From the NCBI GenBank assembly GCA_964626665.1, contig CAZVGK010000007.1, positions 39,533-103,532 on the forward strand: DNA of 64,000 nt, given 5' to 3'. The notes beneath the pieces are model-generated. The model did not search any database, was not told the DNA's origin, and worked only from the letters and a program-made list of their open reading frames with translations. The DNA is from an uncultured Gemmatimonadota bacterium (GTDB taxonomy: Bacteria; SM23-81; DAOVCL01). Positions 1-9,116 of the stretch are shown here, piece by piece (the first letter of the stretch is position 1; each line of letters opens with the position of its first letter). The position numbers and the translations under genes were made by a program.

Positions 1-2
1 AC

Positions 3-836
3 AATCCAGCAGTGCTCAGTCGCGGTTACGGCCGCAAGGGAAGGGAGCCTCTTCTAATGGAGAAGACAGGGGAGTTAAACCCGCAGGATGCGGGAGATGA
101 ACCCTTTCTTCTGGCTAAATATGGCATTCCGGTTCTGGTGGAAAAGGACAGATTCCACTCTGGAACGATGGCCCAGGCAAGGGGCTATTCCCCTCTAATC
201 TTAGACGATGGCTATCAATATATAGGTCTTCACCGGGATGTGAATATTTTAATCATTGACTCCTCTAATCCCTGGGGCAACGGATTCCTCCTTCCCGCCG
301 GCTCCTTGCGGGAACCCTTAAGTGAGGCGAAGAGGGCCGACATTATCATCATCAATAGGGCAGATCAGGCAGGTAACTTGACCTCTTTGAAGCGGAAGCT
401 GAGGAACATCAAGGGAGATATCCCCCTCTTTGAGTCCCTCTATCTTCCTCACTCCCTCCATTGGCTGGGGGAAGATGAGGAGATCCCCCTAACGGAACTA
501 AGGGGCAGAAGGGTTTATGCCCTCTCCGCCTTAGGGAATCCCACATCCTTTGAGAACGCCCTTGAGGGGCTGGGGGCAGTCTTAGTGGGTAAAAGGAGAT
601 TCCTTGACCATCACTTTTATAGCAAAGGGGATGTAGAGGAGGTGAGGAAGAGGGCAAAAAGGAAGGGAGCTGACTGGCTGGTGACCACGGAGAAGGATGA
701 GGTGAAACTCACTCATCTCCTCCCCGGTAATTTCCCCCTCCTCTCCCTGTGCATGCGGTTAACCATCAGGAAAGAGGAGGATTTTTGGCAGGCAATGGAT
801 GCCCTGTTAGCAGGAGGTTCTCTCCGAACAACTTAA
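3..836 (+). CDS. lpxK: Tetraacyldisaccharide 4'-kinase (5' end outside window)
   Basis: Motifs LSRGYGR, GDEP, ILDDGYQ, LLPAGSLREP, FLDHHFY, VTTEKDEVK; frame open from window start. Confidence 0.93.
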   Translation, partial: NPAVLSRGYGRKGREPLLMEKTGELNPQDAGDEPFLLAKYGIPVLVEKDRFHSGTMAQARGYSPLILDDGYQYIGLHRDVNILIIDSSNPWGNGFLLPAGSLREPLSEAKRADIIIINRADQAGNLTSLKRKLRNIKGDIPLFESLYLPHSLHWLGEDEEIPLTELRGRRVYALSALGNPTSFENALEGLGAVLVGKRRFLDHHFYSKGDVEEVRKRAKRKGADWLVTTEKDEVKLTHLLPGNFPLLSLCMRLTIRKEEDFWQAMDALLAGGSLRTT

Positions 837-921
837 CAGTTGTCGGGGATCAGTATACAGGGATCAGGGAAAATACCTGACTGCTAACCACTGACTCCTG
901 TGAGCTGCCTTAAGGGGAAAG

Positions 922-1890
922 ATGAGAGTGACAACATTACTCAATGATTTAAAAAAAGGGAAGATAGCCCCTTCCTACCTCTTCTTTGGGGAGGAAGAGT
1001 TCTTGCTTGAAGAGGCCATCGAGGCCCTTACCGAGAAGTTAATTGACCCTTCACTGCGACCTTTTAATCTCGATCTAGCCTATGGAGACGAGGTTGATAG
1101 GGAGAAGCTCATCGACTCAGCCACTACCCTCCCTATGCTCTCGGGAAGGAGGCTCTTCCTGATTAGAAGGGCCAATCGACTCAACTTAGGGGTGAGAAAT
1201 ACGCTCCTCGAACTCCTGCAATCGCCACCTTCCACTACTTGTTTGGTGCTCATCGCCCCTCATACGGATCCGCGATCTGCTTTCATCAGGGATTTCTCTC
1301 AGGTATCCACCCCTGTTCAATTCTTCCCCTTAAGGGAGAGGGAGATCGGCCCCTGGATAATGAGAAGGGTAGGGAGATGGGGGAGACGGATAACAAAGGA
1401 AGCTTCCTATAGGCTTTGGCTTTTGGCCGGAGAGGACCTGATGGCCCTTTCCAACGAGCTGGAGAAGCTCTCCCTTTATGTCGGCCAGAGGGAGGAAATC
1501 GGCGAAGAGGATGTCCTCAAGCTATTCACCGGGGGGAAGACTTTCAACATCTTCAACCTGACCACTGCCTTGGGAAATGGGGAGCTGGGAAAGTCCTGGA
1601 GGATACTCGATGCCCTTCTAAGGGGTGGCGAATCTCCCGGAGGAATCCTATCGATGATAGCCAGGCACTTCACTACCCTCTTGAAGATAAAATTAGGCGC
1701 CACCCAGAACTTGGGGGTCCATCCCTATTACCTCAAGGAATATGTCCATCAGGCCCAGGGATTTACGGCCCAAAGCTTAGAGAGAAAGTTAGAGCACATC
1801 CTCCGGGTAGAGGTGGAGATAAAGAGCGGTGGTTCCGAGCCAAGGTTGGCCCTGGAGTTCCTCACCTACAAGCTCTGCCGAGGTGAATAG
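922..1890 (+). CDS. holA: DNA polymerase III delta subunit
   Basis: PSYLFFGEEEFL, NELEKLSLY, FNIFNLTTAL, C-terminal EIKSG..LEF; 322 aa. Confidence 0.92.
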   Translation: MRVTTLLNDLKKGKIAPSYLFFGEEEFLLEEAIEALTEKLIDPSLRPFNLDLAYGDEVDREKLIDSATTLPMLSGRRLFLIRRANRLNLGVRNTLLELLQSPPSTTCLVLIAPHTDPRSAFIRDFSQVSTPVQFFPLREREIGPWIMRRVGRWGRRITKEASYRLWLLAGEDLMALSNELEKLSLYVGQREEIGEEDVLKLFTGGKTFNIFNLTTALGNGELGKSWRILDALLRGGESPGGILSMIARHFTTLLKIKLGATQNLGVHPYYLKEYVHQAQGFTAQSLERKLEHILRVEVEIKSGGSEPRLALEFLTYKLCRGE

Positions 1891-2511
1891 GCAACCAGGA
1901 GACAGTTCACGGGGCGGCAAAGCCGCAAAGTTTAAAGAAAAAGACTCACCACGGATTTACACGGAATAACACGGGAAGAGAATAGAGACTGCCGTCAGAA
2001 TCGGGATTCTGACGGCTCAGGAATTTCCATTTTCTATTTTCTTGGATATAGGTTTGTTTCTGTGTCTTTCCGTGAGATTCCGTGGTGAGTTGTTATGATC
2101 TTCTTATCTATTCGAGTAGATTCGTTTATTCGTGTCATTCGTGTTCCTTCTTTAAGGAGTTGTGGGAGGCATCTCCTGATGCCAATAAAAATGGTGCTGT
2201 CAGGAGTTATCTCCTGACAGCTCTTAAAAGGTCAGGAGACCTCTTCCACAAAAGAGGGATCTAACAGACCCCAATGCCGGATAGAGAGATTCCTACCGCA
2301 CTTTAGTGCGGGCCTTAAGTCAATTACTAAATCCGAATGACGAAAAAGGCTTAAACCCAATAAACCTATGAGTAACGAGCTATGATTGCATTTTCCCCAG
2401 CAGCGGAATCCGTGTAATCCGTGGCTATTGTTTATCCGTGAGGTTCCGTGGTAAACTCTGCGTTCTTTGCGACTTTGCGCTGCTATGGTGATCAGTGGTG
2501 AGATTTTACCT

Positions 2512-3171
2512 ATGAGCTCCCCTAAGGTCGAGAAAATATACCAACTCCTCCAGGCTGAATACGGTTATCCCCGCCGGAAAGAGAGGAGAGATCCCCTGGC
2601 AGAGCTCATTGCCACCATCCTCTCTCAGAACACATCCGACCTCAATTCCCATCGTGCCTTTAGAAACCTCACACAGAGGTTCCCTACCTGGGAAGATACG
2701 CGCAAGGCTCCCCAGGAAGAGATAGCCGAGGCCATAAAGCTCGGTGGCCTCTCCCAACAGAAGGCCCAGAGGATAAAGGACCTCTTGGAGGAAATCCATC
2801 TGCGAGAAGGGGAATCCAACCTTAGCTTCCTGGCTAAGATGGAGGCCGATGAGGTCCAGAGATACCTTTTAAAGTTCAAAGGGGTAGGGCCAAAGACTGT
2901 CGCCTGTGTGCTGTTGTTCTCCTTGGGAAGGCCATCTATGCCAGTGGATACCCATATTTTTAGGGTATCCAAGAGGATAGGCCTCGTCCCCCAGAAGGCT
3001 AATGTCGTTCAGGCTCAAGCCATCTTAGAGGCAATTACTCCCTCCCAACTCATCTACCCTCTACATTTAAGCCTTATCGAACATGGAAGGAGAGTCTGTA
3101 AAACCCGACAGCCCCTCTGTGCAGGATGCATCCTCAGGGCCGAGTGCGATTACCTAGAAAAAACGAATTAA
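2512..3171 (+). CDS. nth: HhH-GPD DNA glycosylase, endonuclease III-like, with 4Fe-4S motif
   Basis: ILSQNTSD, GVGPKT, PVDTHIFRV, C-x6-C-x2-C-x5-C; start moved to ATG 2512. Confidence 0.85.
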   Translation: MSSPKVEKIYQLLQAEYGYPRRKERRDPLAELIATILSQNTSDLNSHRAFRNLTQRFPTWEDTRKAPQEEIAEAIKLGGLSQQKAQRIKDLLEEIHLREGESNLSFLAKMEADEVQRYLLKFKGVGPKTVACVLLFSLGRPSMPVDTHIFRVSKRIGLVPQKANVVQAQAILEAITPSQLIYPLHLSLIEHGRRVCKTRQPLCAGCILRAECDYLEKTN

Positions 3172-3184
3172 CTAAAAAAAAGAC

Positions 3185-3213
3185 TTGACACTGAAGAATT
3201 GGTGTGTTAGTTA
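3185..3213 (+). promoter_or_regulatory. Putative sigma70 promoter for the OmpA-family gene
   Basis: TTGACA at 3185, 17-bp spacer, TG-n-TAGTTA. Confidence 0.5.
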
Positions 3214-3353
3214 TTAAAGAAATTTGAGGCCGTTTCCTTAGATGAAGGAAAATCATATCGTAAAAGGGGGTGATAAAATAAAGATAGAGGCAGCCTAAGA
3301 AGCAGACGCTCTTTTGGTTTATGAAGGGACATTATTAAGAAGGAGGTAGGGAA

Positions 3354-4769
3354 GTGAAAAGAATCATATTTTTTCTGATGGTCTCCATTCTGGCCCTGGG
3401 CTTAACCCTTCCTGCCCTGGGGGTTGATCTCACCGGTAAGATAGGGGTAGGGGGATTGGTTTCCCCGGTAAAGCCCGTGTTGAGCGATCACTCGGATATC
3501 TGGGCCGTTGGAGGACAAGGGAAACTACTGGTCAAGTATGGGATCAACAAGAACTTTGCTGTTGGATTAAGTGCTGGATTTGCCAGGGTCTGGAACGACA
3601 CTACCACTGGCAGTGATGGGGTTGGCTTCACCTTCCCCAGCCCAAGTGATAAGGCTTCCTTAGTCTGGGATCTCATTCCTGTAGGGGTAAATGGCTATTA
3701 CAGCATCATCCCTGACAACCCCAAATTAAACCCTTATGTAACCTTGGGATTAGAGGCCAACATCTGGAAGGTAACCGATTATAGCACAGGCAATGATGTC
3801 CCTATCCTTGACAAGGATGATAATCTCAGGCCGGACTTCAAGGCCACAGAGGTTACCGTTGGGGTCGGTGGTGGCTTGGAATATTTCGTCAAGGAGAACA
3901 TAGGGATAAACGGTGGGGTCAAGTTTAACTTCCTCACCGGTTTAGGGGCTGACCTCAGCACTAACACAGATCTGGTAGACAGAAGCAGGGGCATTGTAGA
4001 GGGATTTGCTGGAGTAACCTACTACATCGAGATAAAAAAAGACTCGGATGGAGATGGCATAAAAGACGACCTTGATGCTTGCCCACTGCAACCTGAGGAT
4101 TTCGATGGCTTTGAGGACGATGATGGCTGCCCTGACCCCGATAATGACAACGATGGCATCCCGGATATCTCCGACAAATGTCCCAACGAGCCTGAGGATT
4201 TAGACGGTTACCAGGATGATGACGGCTGCCCAGACCCAGATAATGACAATGACGGGGTCTTGGATGTGGAGGATAACTGCCCCAATGAGGCAGGACCCGC
4301 CTCCAACCATGGCTGCCCCATTGTCGATTCCGACAAGGATGGGGTATTGGATCCAGATGACCGCTGCCCCAACACCCCTATGAGGGTGAAAGTAGACAGG
4401 TATGGATGCCCCACCGCGGCCAAGATAGTGGGGAAGTTGGTCTTGGAGGGTGTGAATTTTGCCTCTGGGAAAACAAAATTTACTCCTAGTTCAGAGGCCA
4501 AATTGGATGAACTGTACAAATCCCTGAAGGCCTATCCTGACTTAAGGGTAGAGATCCAGGGATATACGGATAGTTGGGGCAGAGCCAAGGCCAACAAGGC
4601 CCTTTCTGAGAAGAGGGCAAAGGCAGTGATGAACTACTTGATTAACAAGGGGATAGCCTCCTACAGGCTAAAAGCTGTAGGTTATGGGGAGGTCAATCCC
4701 ATTGCCAGCAACAAGACCAAAGCTGGCCGTGCCAAAAATAGAAGGATCGAGATCCTTCCCCTGAAGTAG
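3354..4769 (+). CDS. OmpA-family outer membrane protein (signal peptide, beta-barrel, thrombospondin type 3 repeats, OmpA C-terminal domain)
   Basis: RBS AAGGAGG before GTG; DxDxDGxxDxxDxCP repeats; GVNFASG, IQGYTDS, LSEKRAKAV, NRRIE. Confidence 0.92.
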   Translation: MKRIIFFLMVSILALGLTLPALGVDLTGKIGVGGLVSPVKPVLSDHSDIWAVGGQGKLLVKYGINKNFAVGLSAGFARVWNDTTTGSDGVGFTFPSPSDKASLVWDLIPVGVNGYYSIIPDNPKLNPYVTLGLEANIWKVTDYSTGNDVPILDKDDNLRPDFKATEVTVGVGGGLEYFVKENIGINGGVKFNFLTGLGADLSTNTDLVDRSRGIVEGFAGVTYYIEIKKDSDGDGIKDDLDACPLQPEDFDGFEDDDGCPDPDNDNDGIPDISDKCPNEPEDLDGYQDDDGCPDPDNDNDGVLDVEDNCPNEAGPASNHGCPIVDSDKDGVLDPDDRCPNTPMRVKVDRYGCPTAAKIVGKLVLEGVNFASGKTKFTPSSEAKLDELYKSLKAYPDLRVEIQGYTDSWGRAKANKALSEKRAKAVMNYLINKGIASYRLKAVGYGEVNPIASNKTKAGRAKNRRIEILPLK

Positions 4770-4782
4770 TAACTCTTTGGGT

Positions 4783-4820
4783 AGAAGGGGGTGTCGTCTT
4801 CTTTAGCGATGCCCCCTTCT
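4783..4820 (+). terminator. Intrinsic terminator-like hairpin
   Basis: AGAAGGGGGTGTCG...CGATGCCCCCTTCT directly after the stop, followed by T-rich sequence. Confidence 0.7.
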
Positions 4821-5009
4821 GTTATTGGTTAGACTCCGATTTTCATTTCGGGAATTGACTGAGCGGTCAAATGTCCTCATCTGACCGTCCCTCCGTCAAG
4901 CCGTCAGGTGCCTTCACCTGAAGGCGATAGAGAAAGGTGGTAGAATTGGGGTTCTGCCACCTCGCTTTTGGTTTACTTTGAGTTTAAATAACAAAGAAAG
5001 AGAGGGGGA

Positions 5010-5876
5010 ATGAGGAAGCTCGCACTCTTTCTACCTGTGATATTGGCTTTTCTAGGATGTGGTAAGGGGCCGACAGGGCCACGAGGACCAGCGGGAGCAG
5101 AAAGAATCTATGTCCTTGGTCAGGTTGACAGCAAAAGCCAGGCTTGGGTGACGGTTTACTTCCCACCAGTTATTCCCTGGGTCACGATAAATCAAGATAC
5201 ACTGAGTATGTGGGAGGACAGAATTGATCCAACCTATGATTATTACGGAACAGTTTTCATCGCGGATTCTGTGTCAGTAAGTGCAGGAGATTTAGCCAAT
5301 CTTAAAGTAGATTACACCGAGGGTATTGCCATTGCCTCTGCTGGGGTACCAGGTAACTTTGATATCATTTCCCCCGATACATCACAGACAGCCCAGATTC
5401 CTGTGAATAGTTCTTTTACCGTTACCTGGTCTACCTCAAGTCACGCTGACTTCTATCCTGTCTATTTCCATCTTAACTATAGCTACTATGACACTTCAGG
5501 AAACTACGGATACTTCAATCTCTATGTGGACACTTCTATAACCTCCACTTCTATAACCTTCCCCGCTAGTAGACTCTTCCCAGGCGATATTGATTCAATA
5601 AGGTATAGCGGGGGATATTTTGGTGTTTCCGCAATGAGTGGCCCAGAGGTAAAACCTGGTGCCCGTGGAAATGTGACCGGCGATGGGAGCGGGTTCTTCT
5701 GGGGTAGGAATTATGGGGTAGAGATATATGTTGCAGTTCAGGGAACGAAGACGAAAGCTGCCAAGAAGCCACCTAAAGAAGAGTTGACAAACAAGCTTTT
5801 TGAGAAGATAAGGGAGATGGATCCCAATTATCAGTTGTTGAAGGAGAGATGGTTGAGCAAAGGGTATAAAAACTGA
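5010..5876 (+). CDS. Hypothetical lipoprotein with short collagen-like linker
   Basis: Lipobox FLGC then GPT-GPR-GPA-G; beta-rich body. Confidence 0.75.
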   Translation: MRKLALFLPVILAFLGCGKGPTGPRGPAGAERIYVLGQVDSKSQAWVTVYFPPVIPWVTINQDTLSMWEDRIDPTYDYYGTVFIADSVSVSAGDLANLKVDYTEGIAIASAGVPGNFDIISPDTSQTAQIPVNSSFTVTWSTSSHADFYPVYFHLNYSYYDTSGNYGYFNLYVDTSITSTSITFPASRLFPGDIDSIRYSGGYFGVSAMSGPEVKPGARGNVTGDGSGFFWGRNYGVEIYVAVQGTKTKAAKKPPKEELTNKLFEKIREMDPNYQLLKERWLSKGYKN

Positions 5877-5955
5877 AAGCAGGTGGTTCATATCAATTCG
5901 TTGACATGCATGGTCTTTTAAGGATTGGTAAGCAAAAGGGTAAACAAAAGGAGAA

Positions 5956-6600
5956 ATGATGAAAAAGGCATTATTTTTCTTAGTAGTGGCCTCCTGCCTT
6001 AGTTGGACTGTCGCTTTTGGTGGTGGCCTCGGAGTGGGGTTAGGTGTTGGAACTACAGCTTTTTTGGGTGAGGACGACTTAATGCTCCCCAAGACGGTTT
6101 CTGGGATGTTGTCAATGGATTTAAGTGACAATGTGATGGTGAGAGGCTCCATAGGGTTTGCCTATACCAGTATGCACGAGGAAAGAACTCCCGTGACAGG
6201 GACAAAATCTACAGAGGACAATAGGTTAATCGGATTCCCCATAGAGTTGGAGTTTTTACCATTTTTTACCAGGGATGAGGGGAGGGTCAGAATATACCCA
6301 GGAGCCGGTTTTGGTTTCTACCATTACAGTTACAAACATAAGACAAAATATGGGAATACTTCCACGGAGCCTCCAACAGAGCATTACTCCGGTTTTGGCC
6401 AGTTTTTCGTGCTGGGAATAGAAGCTCAGTTGACCGAGAATCTGAGCCTTTTTTCGGAATGGTCTAAAATGACCTTTGCCGTGATGAAACATTCATATGA
6501 ACAAACTGACTATCTTGGCAATAAAATTGCTAAGGTGAAGGAAGATGTGATCCCTTTCAAGTATGGGATCCGCTTTGGGGTTAGAATGTCCCTCTTCTAA
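5956..6600 (+). CDS. Outer membrane beta-barrel protein
   Basis: RBS AAAGGAG, signal peptide, alternating beta-strand pattern, terminal Phe (RFGVRMSLF). Confidence 0.75.
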   Translation: MMKKALFFLVVASCLSWTVAFGGGLGVGLGVGTTAFLGEDDLMLPKTVSGMLSMDLSDNVMVRGSIGFAYTSMHEERTPVTGTKSTEDNRLIGFPIELEFLPFFTRDEGRVRIYPGAGFGFYHYSYKHKTKYGNTSTEPPTEHYSGFGQFFVLGIEAQLTENLSLFSEWSKMTFAVMKHSYEQTDYLGNKIAKVKEDVIPFKYGIRFGVRMSLF

Positions 6601-6625
6601 AGGCGGACCGGCAATTTATAACGAT

Positions 6626-6663
6626 AAAAGGCCAGCCAGAAGGTAGTTCCTGGTTGGCCTTTT
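6626..6663. terminator. Bidirectional intrinsic terminator-like hairpin
   Basis: AAAAGGCCAGCCAG...CTGGTTGGCCTTTT. Confidence 0.75.
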
Positions 6664-7072
6664 GATAACGGATCCATCCAAATTACTGCGAAAATTCGAA
6701 AAATCTCACTAAAGGATTTGTCTCTCTCTGCCGATATAGAAATAGAAGGGCATTCCAACCAGGATGACGTGCTAAAAAAGAATGAGACTTCAAAAGATTA
6801 TTAGATGACAGAAGAGGGCTTCTGCCACTCCCTGGGGAGCCTTCAACCACCCGTCCCGAACCGGAGCGGGTCGGGGAAGCTGGGTAGATGGGTTCTACCA
6901 CACTTTAGTGTGGGTCTTCTATCCATGTCCGCTGAAGGGGCTTAAGCCCCGGGAACCCAACGAGTAACGAGCTACGATTGTAGTTTTTCCCATCAGTGAA
7001 ATCCGTGTGATCTGTGGCTGTGCTTGGTTGCGGCCTTGTTGCACTGAGAATCCCTGGAAGAAAGGACATCCT

Positions 7073-9112
7073 GTGGCTTTAAAAATTAAAGAATGGAAGG
7101 TTTTCCTCAAAACCGGTTTATTATTTCTTCTTCTCCTCCAGGTCTTCACCGCTTGTTCGGTGAAGAAGCCGGAGTCCCCTTCCTGGGATATAAATGTTAT
7201 CCTCCCCCTGATGAACAAAACCTACAAGATGCCCAAGATAGCCGGAGATGAGGACTACCTCTCCATTATTGGCGATAGCCTCTTTTTCTCCCTGAGGGAT
7301 ACCCTGTCTGGCTTTAGGGTGGATGATAACCTCACGATCGATCCCACCACCAAGGGGTATCGTAAGGAGTTGGGATCTATAAAAGTCAGTGGAGCCCAGG
7401 CCGATACGGTAAATGTTAGACTGACGGAGGTCAATCCTTCCTTGGGTCAGTTTCAGGGGATGAGTATCCCTATAGATCCCTTCACTTTTCCACCTTTGGA
7501 GAAGAAGAGCAGGTTCAGCACCTTCGATTATGTAACAGTGGACAGCGGATACTTTAGGGTAAATCTAATCAACCACTTCCCCTTTCCCCTGGAGAATATG
7601 GTAATCTCTGTTACCGATAGCACCAGTGGAATAACCGTTGGAGAGTTGAACTTCGCTGGCCTTATCGACCCAGAGGAGGAAGCTATTGACTCCCTTGATT
7701 TGGAGGGCCAAACCATCCATTCCATCCAGATCCTGGGTATCTCCGGGCGAACACCCGGAACCAATGGAGAATCTGTCCATATCGACACCCTCACCCAGAT
7801 GATCGACCTCATGCCCAGCATCTCCAACCTTAAGGTGAGCGAGGCGCAAGCCCAGATCCCCCCTCAGATGATAACCAAGGTCGATTCAATCGAAGTAGAG
7901 AGCGACAATCTCATCCAGGAGGCGGTGATAGAGGAAGGGAACATCCACTTTAACTTATTGAGTGAACTCAAACTGAGTGGCAAGGCAACACTTACCCTTT
8001 TGGACTTTAGTAAAGAGGGCTCTACTTTTTCCGACTCCCAGGGGATAGAAGAGTATGGTAGCATCTCGAGGGATATCTCCCTGGATAAGTGTATTTTTCG
8101 CCCCATCAGCTTGGATAAACCTCAGTTTATCCGTTTTAGGGTAGAGGTGAAAACAGACGATACAGGAGATGAGAAGGTTTATGTCTCCAGTTCACAGACA
8201 ATCAGGGGTAATGTAGAGAGTAGTCGGATAATTTTCTCCCGCTTTGCTGGGGTCCTGGAGCCAACCAGGATAAGAATGGAACCTGAGGAGCTGTTGCTTG
8301 ACCTGCCCAAAGGCTTGAAGGCGATTTCCCTCTCCACCGTCAGGATGGATCTGGAGGTGAGAAACGGAGTCAACTTTCCTTTGGAACTCGATTCCCTATG
8401 TTTACAGGGATATGACCAGGAAGGCCTCCCCTTAGAGGAGCTAACTATACCGCCGGGCCAGGAGTATGTCCCTCCTGAGGCAGAAAAAACCATCCCGTTC
8501 ACTAGGGATAACAGCAACATAGTCCCTTTTGCCAACTCCCTGCCCAGGAGGATCGAAACCCAGGGTAGCATTGTGGTAGGGGGTAGGGGATACAATGGTG
8601 ATGCCGAGAGCTCTGATACAGTCCTCATCAGCTACCACATTTGGTCTCCGCTGGAGCTCATCCTTTGGCCCCAAACCATAGAGGGAGGCACCACCAGGGT
8701 AGAGATCGGGGAGGATACCAGGGATTTTGTTAAGAACCGTCTCCAATCGGGGGCAATCATCTCCGAGGTAATGAATCATCTCCCCTTAGGGGCCTCAGTT
8801 ACTTACTACTTCGATCCTGACTCCACCAATCTGGACAGCGGGGCTTCCCTTATTATCCCAACCCCCCCAGACAGCCTTGAGCTAAAACCAGGCCATACCG
8901 ATGCATCTGGGATAGTTGATCGGGCCGTAAAAAGCAAGCTCTCCATCCACCTCAGCCATCAGGACCTCCAGGTCTTTCAGGATTCACTTCTCTTCCTGCG
9001 CACCAAGATAGGGATCCCCGGCACCCAGGGAAAGTCGATAAAGATCTGCCCCGGAGATTACCTGCGGATAACCGCCAGGCTGGAGGTAGGAGCCAGACTG
9101 GGGAAGGATTAG
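7073..9112 (+). CDS. Large hypothetical lipoprotein, beta-rich
   Basis: RBS AAAGGA then GTG 7073; lipobox FTAC; 4 bp from the downstream barrel gene. Confidence 0.75.
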   Translation: MALKIKEWKVFLKTGLLFLLLLQVFTACSVKKPESPSWDINVILPLMNKTYKMPKIAGDEDYLSIIGDSLFFSLRDTLSGFRVDDNLTIDPTTKGYRKELGSIKVSGAQADTVNVRLTEVNPSLGQFQGMSIPIDPFTFPPLEKKSRFSTFDYVTVDSGYFRVNLINHFPFPLENMVISVTDSTSGITVGELNFAGLIDPEEEAIDSLDLEGQTIHSIQILGISGRTPGTNGESVHIDTLTQMIDLMPSISNLKVSEAQAQIPPQMITKVDSIEVESDNLIQEAVIEEGNIHFNLLSELKLSGKATLTLLDFSKEGSTFSDSQGIEEYGSISRDISLDKCIFRPISLDKPQFIRFRVEVKTDDTGDEKVYVSSSQTIRGNVESSRIIFSRFAGVLEPTRIRMEPEELLLDLPKGLKAISLSTVRMDLEVRNGVNFPLELDSLCLQGYDQEGLPLEELTIPPGQEYVPPEAEKTIPFTRDNSNIVPFANSLPRRIETQGSIVVGGRGYNGDAESSDTVLISYHIWSPLELILWPQTIEGGTTRVEIGEDTRDFVKNRLQSGAIISEVMNHLPLGASVTYYFDPDSTNLDSGASLIIPTPPDSLELKPGHTDASGIVDRAVKSKLSIHLSHQDLQVFQDSLLFLRTKIGIPGTQGKSIKICPGDYLRITARLEVGARLGKD

Positions 9113-9116
9113 CGCT

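Noticed and set aside
3220-3350. Riboswitch in the OmpA leader
   Set aside because: Only a short TTCCTT/AAGGAA hairpin; no recognisable aptamer consensus
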